Below, piece after piece: positions 30,399-40,656 of a stretch of 64,000 nt of DNA (positions are counted from its first letter, which is position 1; the number at the start of each line of letters is the position of its first letter). The position numbers and the translations under genes are program-made. The DNA comes from Alphaproteobacteria bacterium (lineage in GTDB: Bacteria > Pseudomonadota > Alphaproteobacteria > 16-39-46), in the NCBI GenBank assembly GCA_018401675.1, contig JAGYKM010000005.1, positions 26,720 through 90,719 on the forward strand, in the 5' to 3' direction. Below the pieces are notes generated by a model. It searched no databases, was not told where the DNA came from, and was given only the letters and a program-made list of their open reading frames with translations.

Positions 30399-32291
30399 CT
30401 ACTGAGCAATAAATCCCTCTGATTGATGCTTCCATAAAATCTCATAAGCGCCTCCTTTTTTTAACAACGCCTCGTGAGTTCCTTGCTCAATGATCTGCCC
30501 TTTATCAAAAACAATGAGTCGATCCATGGCTTGCAGTGTGGACAATCTATGGGCAATAACAATAGAGGTACGATTCTCCATAGCCTGCATCAGGCTCTTT
30601 TGGATTTTTAATTCAGTAATGCTATCTAGGGCCGAAGTTGCTTCGTCAAGAATCAAAATAGGCGCATTTTTTAAAATTGCCCGAGCAATCGCAATACGCT
30701 GTCTTTGCCCTCCAGAAAGCGAAAGACCTCTCTCTCCAACTTCTGTCTCAAGACCTTGAGGCAAACCCTTAATAAAATCCATACACTGAGCTTGCTCAAG
30801 GGCCGCTAGTACCTCATCTTGAGATGCTTCAGGTTTGCCAAAAATCACATTTTCATAAAGAGTTCTATGAAACAAACTAATATCTTGAGGTATTAAAGCA
30901 ATTGCGTTACGCAACGAATCTTGAGTAACAGTTTGTATATCTTGAGAATCGATTAGGATGGTCCCACCCAAAGGCTCATAGCTTCTCAAAAGCAAATTCA
31001 CAAGGGTGGTTTTTCCGCTCCCTGAAAAACCGACTAATCCGACTTTTTCTCCTCCTTTAATATCCAAAGAAAGATCAGTGAACAGAGGCCCGACTTGTCT
31101 CTGGAGAGCATCATGCCCAAAACATAAATTCTGAATGGAAATAGATCCTCGAGAGACACGCAAAGATTTTGCCCCTTCTTTATCTTGAATCTGGGGCGCA
31201 TGAGAAAGCAGCTCATAAGACTGCGAAAGTGTACCTACCTTCTCAAAAATATGAGGCAATTGATAACTAAGATACCAACTGGAATTTATGGCTTGCTGGA
31301 CAACCCCAAAAATAAACGCCACGTCTCCTAAATTTAATAGACCGGTTTGCCACCCTTTCAGAATCAAATAAACGACCAAGATATATTCGCAAAAAGTCAA
31401 AATGCCGATAAGGATTTTAAATCGTGCAGTGTAGAACAACGTCCTTTCTTCTTTGTTTTTCGTATCTTCTTGCCGTTTCATAAAGAGATTTTTTTCTCGG
31501 TGAAGAGCACTAAAAGCCTTAATACTGGAAATATTAATAATAAAATCTGTTAGATAACCCGAAATCTTACTGACAGCATGAGATTGGGTTTGGGAATAGT
31601 CAGCAATTTTCAAAGCAGCGGCTACGGATATACCGAGATGAAGAATATAACAAAAAAGAAATACTGACCCCAATAAGAAAGACATGGAGTACAAAGCACC
31701 TATAGACAATAGACCGCTGAGAATGACAGGAAATAAAACACCAGCCACCAAATCAACAAGCTCCCCCGCAGCTCTCGGAAAGTCGTTTATTTTATTAGAG
31801 AGATTTCCCGTCAGATTGAGTGAAAAATACTGCTTTGACTGACTCGCTACATGACTCAGAAAATGAAGTCTCAGGCGAATTTTAAGATTGGGGATGAGGC
31901 GAGCCATCAAAAAATCGCCTATCCTAAAAATAACTTCAAGGGCAAGATATCCCACAACCCCAAAGACTAAAATGGGAAAAAGAACCTGAAATAAAGACTC
32001 TTGCACAGAATGTTCAGAAAACTGAACCAACCCATTAATGATCAGCTTAATGAAATAGGGAATGAATAGCTGCTCAAAAGGCCAGCTGGCCAAACTCAAA
32101 AATAACAGAGCATACAGACCACGTGGACGCATAAATCCCATGATAAACTTTATCAAAAGAAGGATTTTTGAACTTTTTTTACAAAGGGCTCTCATAATAC
32201 TCTCTCGTATGTAATTTCTTCGACTTTCATTGCGGCTTCTTTTTGCGTCACTCACCTGGGTTCCTAATAACCACAAAGAAAAGTATACCAT
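30399..32291 (-). CDS. ABC exporter, fused permease/ATPase (MsbA/multidrug-like)
   Basis: A six-TM N-terminal half is followed by Walker A GFSGSGKTT, signature LSGGQRQR and Walker B ILILDEATSALD. The true start is probably the ATG at 32195 (MRALCKK...). Confidence 0.85.
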   Translation of the reverse strand: MVYFSLWLLGTQVSDAKRSRNESRRNYIRESIMRALCKKSSKILLLIKFIMGFMRPRGLYALLFLSLASWPFEQLFIPYFIKLIINGLVQFSEHSVQESLFQVLFPILVFGVVGYLALEVIFRIGDFLMARLIPNLKIRLRLHFLSHVASQSKQYFSLNLTGNLSNKINDFPRAAGELVDLVAGVLFPVILSGLLSIGALYSMSFLLGSVFLFCYILHLGISVAAALKIADYSQTQSHAVSKISGYLTDFIINISSIKAFSALHREKNLFMKRQEDTKNKEERTLFYTARFKILIGILTFCEYILVVYLILKGWQTGLLNLGDVAFIFGVVQQAINSSWYLSYQLPHIFEKVGTLSQSYELLSHAPQIQDKEGAKSLRVSRGSISIQNLCFGHDALQRQVGPLFTDLSLDIKGGEKVGLVGFSGSGKTTLVNLLLRSYEPLGGTILIDSQDIQTVTQDSLRNAIALIPQDISLFHRTLYENVIFGKPEASQDEVLAALEQAQCMDFIKGLPQGLETEVGERGLSLSGGQRQRIAIARAILKNAPILILDEATSALDSITELKIQKSLMQAMENRTSIVIAHRLSTLQAMDRLIVFDKGQIIEQGTHEALLKKGGAYEILWKHQSEGFIAQ

Positions 32292-32633
32292 AGGTTCTAG
32301 GTTCTTACTCTATCCTTTTGGTGGGCGAAAAACTCTTATTTCCGACTATATAGGGAACACCTTACATTCTTTGGACAGTGTCTTTTTCTGTTTTAGAACT
32401 TGAGGGGAAAGTATTTTTCTAATTTTAGACTTATAATCAGAAGGTTAACATATTAGCTATCATTTTCGGGACACTTTTTTAGATAATAAATTACAAAAAT
32501 GGGAGAATTAGTATTGTCATCCCTTTGCACTGGTGGTATTTAAATAAATATAAATATTAGAAACTTCCTTATCGCTATTAGAACTAATCAAAATTAATCC
32601 GGTAGAGTTTTACTTACAAAAGAGGCTTTTAAC

Positions 32634-33929
32634 ATGAATAGAAATTTACGCAAAATCCTCGCTGCGGGGATGGCTGGAAATGCTCTAGAGTTTTATGACT
32701 TCTCTATTTATGCCTTCTTCTCACTTCAGTTGGGACAGGTGTTTTTTCCATCTACCGATCCTATGACTTCTATCTTATCCAGTTTAGCTGTGTTTGCCGT
32801 AGGATTCATCATGCGTCCCGTAGGCGGGCTCTTATTTGGCCATATAGGCGATAAATACGGCAGAAAACGGGCGCTTATGTTGTGTGTAACCATCATGGCT
32901 CTTCCTACCTTTGCCATCGGTCTCCTTCCCGGATACGCTGAAATCGGCATATGGGCTCCCGTAGCGCTTGTGGTGTGCCGCCTCGTACAAGGGTTATCTA
33001 CCGGTGGGGAATACAATGGGGCCGCTATTTTCGTTGTGGAGCATGCTGGGATAGGGAAAAAAGGGTATGCGGGCAGCTTGATTAATAGTTCCAGCTATAT
33101 GGGCTGGGTTCTAGCCGCTCTTATCAGTTTTCCTTTTGTCACATTTATCCAAGTTTCCTGGGCCTGGCGTGTTCCCTTCCTATTCGGTCTCGTAGTGGGG
33201 ATTGTGGGATTCTATTTACGTCGCCAAATCTCAGAAACTCCAGAATTTGAAGCCTATTCACGCACCGAAAAACCCAAACCTGTCCCTTTCTTGGCAGTCT
33301 TACGGGAAAAGCCTGGAGCGGTGCTCTCTACCATAGGTATTGCGGCTTTTTCCGGCGTCATTGCCTATACCACTCTTTCTTATCTCAATACCTATCTCTT
33401 AAGCATACAAGGGTGGTCTAAACCTTCTGCCCTTTTAATCACTATGCTTGGAAGCGTTATTTATGTGGTAATGAGCCCTGTTTATGGTCGACTTTCTGAC
33501 AGGATGGATCCCCGAACCATATGCCTATGGGCCATTACCGGTATTTTGGTCCTTATTTATCCCGTCTTCTACATGTGGACGTCAGGATCTTTACTTCTTG
33601 TAATTCTTGGTCAGATCTTATGGGCTTCTATTACCGTCATTTATCATGCTCCTATGAATCTACTCATGGCAAAACTTTTTCCAGTATCTCTACGATTCAG
33701 CGGCATAGGTATTGGCTACTCTTTAGGTATGGCCATCTTTGGAGGAACCAGTCCTCTAATGTCCACATGGCTGGTTGATCGAACTCAAAATCCTATGGCT
33801 CCTATGTTATGGATTACCTTGGTTGGATTAATAGGGTTCTTTTCGATCTATTATACCCAACGATCCTCCAAGAAAAAGATATCTTTAGAAACCACTTACT
33901 ATCCTGCGGTTCAAAAAAAAGCGAGTTAG
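32634..33929 (+). CDS. MFS transporter, metabolite:H+ symporter (MHS/ProP-like) family
   Basis: LEFYDFSIYAFF...GGLLFGHIGDKYGRKRAL...RLVQGLSTGGEYNGAAIFVVEHA are MHS-family signatures. 12 TM segments. Confidence 0.8.
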   Translation: MNRNLRKILAAGMAGNALEFYDFSIYAFFSLQLGQVFFPSTDPMTSILSSLAVFAVGFIMRPVGGLLFGHIGDKYGRKRALMLCVTIMALPTFAIGLLPGYAEIGIWAPVALVVCRLVQGLSTGGEYNGAAIFVVEHAGIGKKGYAGSLINSSSYMGWVLAALISFPFVTFIQVSWAWRVPFLFGLVVGIVGFYLRRQISETPEFEAYSRTEKPKPVPFLAVLREKPGAVLSTIGIAAFSGVIAYTTLSYLNTYLLSIQGWSKPSALLITMLGSVIYVVMSPVYGRLSDRMDPRTICLWAITGILVLIYPVFYMWTSGSLLLVILGQILWASITVIYHAPMNLLMAKLFPVSLRFSGIGIGYSLGMAIFGGTSPLMSTWLVDRTQNPMAPMLWITLVGLIGFFSIYYTQRSSKKKISLETTYYPAVQKKAS

Positions 33930-34055
33930 AAGCTCATAAAATCCTTGCATTTTAGGAAAAAAAACTATCCAATAGGGGCTATGGGGACTAATTCTTTTAG
34001 TCCGTCTGGCTTTCTCTTAAGAAACGTCGTTCCATAACTTGAGGTTGAAGAGAAT

Positions 34056-34547
34056 ATGCACATTAAACCTTCTTTTGCAAATGCAGAGCGTTCACAAGAA
34101 TTCATGGATTTTTGCTCCACTTTGTATCCTCATGGTGTAACCTACATGTCCCACACTGTGATCGACACACAAGGGAATGCCGAAGTTTTCTACTCTGATA
34201 AAGACTGGGGCGCTCGTTTTATGGAGCAACATTATATCCAGACAGATGCTGTTATGCGTCATGCGCTAAATACAAAAACCCTCTTTATTCCTTGGAATTG
34301 CCTCCTTCATACTCGGGTTCAAAAGGAAATTCACCTAGAGCGAGAAAATGATTTTCATAAGTACAATGGATTAGCTTTGTCCTTTCGCAATGGCCCATAC
34401 CAACATGCTATCGGATTTGCGACCGACACGCCAGGGTATCTTCTGGCTGATTACTTCCGCAATCACGCCCCAGTGTTGATAGACTGCATCAATCTTTCTA
34501 AAAATATTTATTCTTGTGATATGCGTCCCACTCCTCTCCTTCCTTAA
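34056..34547 (+). CDS. LuxR-family autoinducer-binding domain protein lacking the HTH domain
   Basis: 163 aa. W51-x3-F55-x8-D64 ... W80 ... G105 reproduces the spacing of the conserved ligand-pocket residues of TraR (W57, Y61, D70, W85, G113). The ...FHKYNGLALSFRNGPYQHAIGFATD block resembles FGIRSGITIPI..G....FT.ASD. The ORF stops where the linker and HTH would begin, and the next gene starts 33 nt later. Confidence 0.55.
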   Translation: MHIKPSFANAERSQEFMDFCSTLYPHGVTYMSHTVIDTQGNAEVFYSDKDWGARFMEQHYIQTDAVMRHALNTKTLFIPWNCLLHTRVQKEIHLERENDFHKYNGLALSFRNGPYQHAIGFATDTPGYLLADYFRNHAPVLIDCINLSKNIYSCDMRPTPLLP

Positions 34548-34579
34548 GGATAGATAGAGTATTTAGACGCCTTTTCTCC

Positions 34580-35887
34580 TTGATGCAGATTTGGTTGGCG
34601 TTTTCTTCATCCCATAGGTTTCTTTTGTTAGAACTTCTTGTATCTTTCCTTATCGCCATAGTTTTTTTCGATGGAGGAAAAGGCGTAGTCCTTCTCCTAG
34701 GATTTTTGGCTTTGGTGCAAGCGATGTTCTTGATGAAAACACCCCGCCTACGTCCTATTTTCAGTCATACATGTCGCACCATTTACCCGCTGAGTCTTTC
34801 TGTATTTTTGCTCCTGGCTTATTTTACCCTTTCCCTACTATGGGCAGAGACATGGTGGCCCTCTTTAGCAAAAGCGGGCCAACTCTTTCTTCTTTTTATC
34901 AATGGATTTTTTTGTATAGTGGCCGCCCACTCCGGCCTTTCTCTTTCTTTCAGCCTTGTAGCCCGCGTTCTTTTTAAGAGCTACTGGCTTCTCCTTCTTT
35001 TTTTATCCTTGGAAGTTCTGTTGCGCTGTTGTGGCTATTCTTTGTTTCATGTATGGCACCCAATTAGGATTAGTGAGCCCTTTGCACTCATCACCAAATC
35101 TGGTCTTTTTACCGTTCTGTTTTTTTGGCCCAGCGCCTTTTATTTTCTAATTATAAAGCAGAAGTGGGATGGTACCCTCCCCTCTCACCGCACCTTAAGG
35201 TGGATGGGTAAACTCAGCATTCCAGTTGGCGCTCTTTTTTGTTTCGGGCTTTTTTTCCATATGGATGTCATTTTGGTAGCTCTATTGGCAAGTTGGGGAG
35301 TCTTTTGCGTTCTTCTTATTTTTCCTAGACTGGTTTATGCTCTCCTGGGCCTAGGATGCCTCATACCTATGTCTTTACCTCTTTGGATAAAACCTCTTTT
35401 TATCTGGTCCCATGCCAGTTCTTATTTTTTCTTGATGCCGGCTTCTTGGCAACATCGTCTTTACATTTGGAATTTTGTAACACATCGCATATGGGAAAAA
35501 CCTATATTTGGGTGGGGCTTAGAAGCTTCTCGCTTCATGTCCCATCCTCCCATCTCTCTTGACTTTGTCGACAACCATACGGTCTATAGTTTACACGGCA
35601 CTGATGTGTTATTACCCCTTCATCCTCACAATGGGTTCTTGCAACTATGGCTTGAAGGTGGATCCTTGGGAGTACTCCTTTTCTCCATCTTCCTTGGCAC
35701 CGTTTTTCTCTACGGTTTAAGAGCCTTTCCTCTCGCCCTTCATCGGGCTTTCTTAGGGGCCTCCATCACCAGTTGCCTTGTCCCCTTTTGTTTGAGTTAT
35801 GGGGTTTGGCAAAGCTGGTGGATTATGATCCTATTTGCTCTCGCGTTGTACTGGAGCGCGCTATCAAAGCCGCATGCTTCTCAGTAA
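34580..35887 (+). CDS. O-antigen ligase/polymerase (Wzy_C) family membrane protein
   Basis: Polytopic membrane protein with the family's periplasmic-loop motif LPLHPHNGFLQLWLEGGSLGVLLF. Confidence 0.7.
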   Translation: MMQIWLAFSSSHRFLLLELLVSFLIAIVFFDGGKGVVLLLGFLALVQAMFLMKTPRLRPIFSHTCRTIYPLSLSVFLLLAYFTLSLLWAETWWPSLAKAGQLFLLFINGFFCIVAAHSGLSLSFSLVARVLFKSYWLLLLFLSLEVLLRCCGYSLFHVWHPIRISEPFALITKSGLFTVLFFWPSAFYFLIIKQKWDGTLPSHRTLRWMGKLSIPVGALFCFGLFFHMDVILVALLASWGVFCVLLIFPRLVYALLGLGCLIPMSLPLWIKPLFIWSHASSYFFLMPASWQHRLYIWNFVTHRIWEKPIFGWGLEASRFMSHPPISLDFVDNHTVYSLHGTDVLLPLHPHNGFLQLWLEGGSLGVLLFSIFLGTVFLYGLRAFPLALHRAFLGASITSCLVPFCLSYGVWQSWWIMILFALALYWSALSKPHASQ

Positions 35888-35905
35888 CAGAATCAGAAGT
35901 CTTAT

Positions 35906-38900
35906 TTAAAGAGAATGGTCTGCCTCCCCATAGGCCTTCCACTGAAAATTCAGATTTTCTAAGAGATGATTTTGACTGAGACGATCCTTTAAAAAAGAAA
36001 AATCTACACTTTCTAAAGACTGATCTTGATTTGTACAAGAAAAGACATATGTCTCAAGACCGGTCTTAGAATCACAATGACGCTGAATGCACTTCCCACA
36101 TATCTCCTTAAGCATACAGTTCATCGGCGCATTGATGCTAGCAAGAGCTGTACACTGGGACGATACCAGAGGCCTAATCTTCTCTTGAAAAAACTTTTGG
36201 GTCGCTTCCATCATGGCTGCAGATCCAATGGTCATGAATGTTCCAAGATTTGTTAAAAAATCTCTTCCTTCATGGTCATCCATCAATTTTTGCAATCCAT
36301 CCACCACTGTCCCTTCTAGGATCAAGTCAGTTGCTTTGGGAACAAAGTTTTGGCTTTTGGCCTCAAAACACCACATAATCCTATCACTCACAGATTCCAT
36401 AAGATCTCGTTTAAAGACCCCATCACAAGACTTGTACCCTGAGACCACATAAACGGTGCATCCTTTTTCTTTCATGGCCTCCGCTAAGGAAAATAAAACC
36501 GCATTTCCCAAGCCACCCCCCACCAGAAGGACCTTCTGCGCCGTAGGAATCTCAGTCGCCTTACCCGTAGGCCCCATTAAGCTTACTTCATCTCCCTCTT
36601 TTAAAGATTTTACCAAAGAGCTAGAAATGCCTTCTTCCAACACCACCAATGATAGAGTCCCTTTCTCTTTATCTACCTGGCATCCTGTTAGGGCTACCCC
36701 TTCCATTTCCAAGGCAAGCTGGGGATTCTTCATGAACGCTGGTGTCGGCTCAAGGGATAAAGACTCGTAATTTGATAACCTAAAAAACTGACCAGGTTGA
36801 AAAGTGTGTGCCGCAAAGGGAGAATCCAAAATGAGTTCTATGATCTTTGGTCCTAGAACCCGCACTTGCTTAACATAGCTTTTAAAATATTGAGTCATAG
36901 ATTTGGAAAAATCCTCCGCTGCTACATGAGGCATTCTGGGTGGATAGGCCATAGACTGGATAACCTCTTCCAAGCCATCCTTAGCGCTTGCCATGGCTTT
37001 TACTACGCTTCCAGCGTATTTAGGGTTCATATCTCCCAAAACGCTTGTGCTTGGCATAAGAGATCTCTCTGGAAGTATAAAGTTGTCTTTTTCGGCCAAA
37101 TGATCCATGTCAGAAAGAGTCCATTGGGAATCTCCTTCTCGCATAATCACTGTATTGGGATCGGTCCCATAAGCCACTATGGCCATTTTTGTTTCAAAAA
37201 CAGAAAGGGGACTAGATTCTTGATCCTCCTCTTGTTTCTTTTGGATTCCAACCCCCGTAAGCGTGCCAAAGTGATCTGGGAACAAATGAGTTACCCTCGT
37301 ATTTTCATGGAAGAGAACCCCAGTCTCTAAAGCTTTTTGAAGCTCTTCAGAATTAATCTTATAGGCTGGTGATTCCATGAGAGCTTTTCTATAGAGAAGA
37401 TGGACACCTCCCCAGGAGGCGATCAAAGATCCATAATCAGGAGATCTTCCTTCTTCAAGGGCGAGAGCCCTTTCTTGAAGAAGAGCTTTCCCATGGGCTA
37501 AAAATACATCAGCGTCTTGGCAATCTTCCAAAGTCCATCCCGCACGTATCTCCCTTTCACTCTTTATGGTGGATAAATCAGTGTATCTATCCTTAAACAT
37601 ATGTATTTGCTCTATATAGCCATGGATCACTTCTGTTGCCGCATCCACAGCCGTAAGACCGCCCCCTAAAATCACGCAAGGAAGACGGATAAAAGAGGGC
37701 ACCATGAGCGTGTTTCGTGACCCACCTCCTCGATGAATGCCCATTAAAAAGTCAGAAGCAAGAACCACACCCTTTATAAGATCGTGTTCTATTGACAATC
37801 TCTTTGGAGCTCCTGCTCCCAAACATAAAGACACATGATCAAATCCCAAAGTACGTGCCTTGCTTTCATCCAAAGCCCCTCCAAATCTGACACTCGGCAA
37901 GAAAGTAAACAAAGGCGCTCGTCTTTCTAAAAGAAGACGCAAGATTGTCAAAAACCGCTTATCCCATCGAGCGGTAATGCCGTAATCTAGAACCCCTCCA
38001 AAACCTCTTCCCGGTCTCGCATCAGAAGTCGGAAATAACATCCCACTGTCTTTGATTAGCGCAAAATCATTTCCTTGAGTCCCAACATACTCTTGCGGAA
38101 GGGGGTCGGCTTTAAGGCCATCTATACCCACAACTGTATACCCTTGATTTATCAAAAGATGGGAAATCATACATCCTGCTGGCCCCAAACCTACCACCAA
38201 AACCTTAAACCCATTCTGCTCAGCAGGGATAGGATGAGATACGCACAAAGGGTTCCATCGCGTCAACAAGCTATAGATTTCGAATCCAAAGGGAAGTTCC
38301 AAGACTTCTCTTAAGATTTTAGTTTCAATACGGGGTACATCCACCCCATCTTGTTTTTGAAAAATACAAGACTCTTTACAATCATTGCATATATGAGCCC
38401 CCGTACCTGCCACCAAGGGGTTGTCCAACGTAATAATAGCTAAAGCCCCAATAAAAATCCTTCACAAAGCCACACTATTCATCTGAGAAATCTTTTGCCT
38501 TAAAGGACAGCCGTGTAAAGCCCGATCAAGGGGATTTTTCCTAACCGCTCCATCACTTTGACGCAATCCCGAAGAGCAAGAATCTTTTTTTTGAGGGTGA
38601 CATAGTAAACAATACTTCATCTGGCCTATGGCAAACTCTAAAGACTTTTCTCCTCCTCGGTAGGATTGTCCCATCTCTAACTCGGTTACAGATTTAACTC
38701 CTATCTCCCCTTCAGAACATATCTTTTTGTTTTTTATTAAAGCGTCATAGTGTTTGGGAAAAGGTGCATCAAAAAGCCCTGCTGAAGCGGGCTGGCTTTG
38801 ACCTTGGAGGGTAAACACTCTCCAGAGCGTATACGTGTATGCTGCTTGGAGTTCACGATGAAACTTTTCTTTGTCTCCAAGCCATTCCATGACTTTTTTC

Positions 38901-39352
38901 GCAAAAATCATCGGCTCAAATACCTTTGTTTCTAAAAAAACGCTCAACGCGTTCTCCAAGAAAGGACCGTCACCCTCATCAATGGCTTGACGATGAACTT
39001 CCACCTGAGGGTTTCTCAACACAAAACGTTGCACAAAAGCCGTCCGTGCTTTTAACAATGGATTGAGATCCCTCACGGTTTTTTTTATAGAATCTAAGCT
39101 CTCTTCGAGACCAAAAAGAGCAACTAGAAATGCCTCAATCCCCTCTGATAGATCCATCAATGATCGATCAGATAATGCCTCTTTGGTTTTTCGAGCATGG
39201 ATTAAAGTCATTTGAAGTTGAGCATCATGCCCACTTAAATACTCTACAAAAGCCCCATCTATTTGGGCAATGCCTTCCTGAGAGTAAAGAAATTCCCTAG
39301 AGGGAAACCCTTGATCTTGTAATGACGTTACTGCACAAGTGCCTTGATTCAT
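35906..39352 (-). pseudogene. Large multidomain NAD(P)/FAD oxidoreductase (GltD-like plus PyrK-like Fe-S modules) interrupted by one in-frame TGA at 38462-38464
   Basis: ORFs 38462..39352 and 35906..38428 are in the same frame. The join reads ...HGCPLRQKISQMNSVAL*RIFIGALAIITLDNPLVAGTGAHICNDCKESCIFQKQ, which is continuous with a known family of proteins of about 1100 aa. Domains are a Rossmann VLVVGLGPAGC, a second dinucleotide fold ILGGGLTAVDAA, an FAD/NAD module FQPGQFFRL...LLVGGGLGNA and a C-terminal Cys cluster CGKCIQRHC. Confidence 0.7.
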
Positions 39353-39481
39353 CCTAAGGTCACTCCCCTTTTTGGGCGTAATATATGGGACTTTGCAAAA
39401 ACTAAGGATCCTTTGAATTTTTTACCCAAATCTCGCCCGGAATTTAAACTTTGGGTAACCAAATCCTAATGAAACATGAAG

Positions 39482-39556
39482 TGGTGCCGTCGGCGAGGAT
39501 CGAACTTGCGACCTCACCCTTACCAAGGGTGCGCTCTACCACTGAGCTACGACGGC
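39482..39556 (-). tRNA. tRNA-Thr (anticodon GGT)
   Basis: The minus strand reads GCCGTCG-TA-GCTC-AGTGGTA-GAGC-G-CACCC-TTGGTAA-GGGTG-AGGTC-GCAAG-TTCGATC-CTCGC-CGACGGC-A-CCA. It forms a full cloverleaf with a 7-bp acceptor stem, a GTTCGATC T-loop and an encoded CCA. By my reading there is one A-C mismatch in the T stem. Confidence 0.9.
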
Positions 39557-39837
39557 ACGATTCAGCACTCTTATGCTGCTCGCTATGGGAAAGAGGATAA
39601 TTTCTCTCTCAGCAAGGACTTGGATTCTAGATGCCATAGACCGATTCAAGATGCAAGCCAAATACTCTTCTTGGGTGCCAACTCTTGGACCACTTTTAGA
39701 AGTTCCGGCTCTTGTTCCTTCTTTTTCGTCTGCCTGTATTAGTCTGCATTCTTTCTGAAATAATCCTTGAGGTAAAGACTCTAGATTTCTGCATAAAAAA
39801 AAGGTAGGCTGAAGTGTTTTTTAAAAAGAGTTTTATC

Positions 39838-39993
39838 ATGACGAAGCCCCCTGCCCCATCATTACGCCTTACTCGTGAGGCTAAAGCGTTGCGCGACAAT
39901 CTAAAGAGGCGCAAAGACCAAGCCAATGCCCGAAAAGCCTTGAAATCTGCCCCTCAATCAGACTCACAACCCCTTAAGGATCCTTCTTTATGA
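39838..39993 (+). CDS. Small basic hypothetical protein (51 aa) translationally coupled to dcd
   Basis: It reads [51 protein letters not shown]. Its TGA overlaps the dcd ATG (ATGA). It is below the ORF-track size cutoff, and coding status is unproven. Confidence 0.4.
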   Translation: MTKPPAPSLRLTREAKALRDNLKRRKDQANARKALKSAPQSDSQPLKDPSL

Positions 39994-40549
39994 GTATTTT
40001 ATCAGACACTTGGATTCGCTCAATGGTAAAATCTCATGATATGATTTCCCCTTTTGAGGATGCCCAATGTAGCGCCGACGTTATCTCTTACGGTGTGTCG
40101 TCCTATGGGTATGATGCGCGCGTTGCTCCAGAATTTAAAATATTCACTAATGTGGATAACGCACTTATTGATCCTAAAAATTTTTCTCCGTCCAGTTTTG
40201 TAGACCGTACCACCAATGAATGTATTATTCCTCCCAATAGCTTCGTTTTGGCCCGCACTGTAGAGTACTTTAAGATCCCCGGGATGTTTTAGTTATTGCT
40301 TAGGTAAGTCTACTTACGCTGGTGGCATCATTGTCAATGTAACGCCCCTAGAACCAGAGTGGGAGGGTCACGTCACTTTAAATTTTCAAACACCACCTCT
40401 TCCTGCCAAAATATATGCTAATGAAGGCGCCTGCCAGTTTTCTTTTTAAAGGAGATCAGCCTTGTGAGAGGGTGTCCTACAAAGACCGTTCTGGCAAATA
40501 TATGAATCAAATGGGAGTTACCCTTCCCAAATTGAGGACGCCTCTCTAA
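39990..40549 (+). pseudogene. dcd: dCTP deaminase, three frameshifts in the 3' half
   Basis: The N-terminal 100 aa are intact ([13 protein letters not shown]...[14 protein letters not shown]...[19 protein letters not shown]). The rest is present in shifted frames: RDVLVIA / [47 protein letters not shown] / [30 protein letters not shown]. Confidence 0.85.
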
Positions 40550-40656
40550 GATCATAAAAGGGCGCATGATCTCCAAGATCTTGCACTTTTCCCTACTATC
40601 AACTCATCACAGTGGGTTTATCCCATTAATCAGAAAGAAAGGCTAACGGCACTCTC

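Noticed and set aside
36866-37330. 154-aa ORF and the neighbouring ORFs 36026.., 36213.., 36456.. and 38075..
   Set aside because: All are antisense to the large oxidoreductase gene, whose own frame has strong domain motifs. They are shadow ORFs.
38462-38464. In-frame TGA as selenocysteine, or as a sense codon under genetic code 4
   Set aside because: I could not fold a convincing SECIS-like hairpin immediately downstream. The position falls in a stretch I recall as variable rather than a conserved Cys site. TGA clearly terminates other genes at their expected ends (tsaE at 23981, the 425-aa ORF at 10358).
39476-39742. 88-aa plus-strand ORF (also 39573..39758)
   Set aside because: Its first 27 codons are the reverse complement of tRNA-Thr. 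The rest is intergenic sequence with no coding signature.
39353-39990. tRNA-Thr flanks as an integration site for a mobile element
   Set aside because: No integrase, no direct repeat of the tRNA 3' end, and no phage or IS genes on either side. The neighbours are a housekeeping-type oxidoreductase and dcd.
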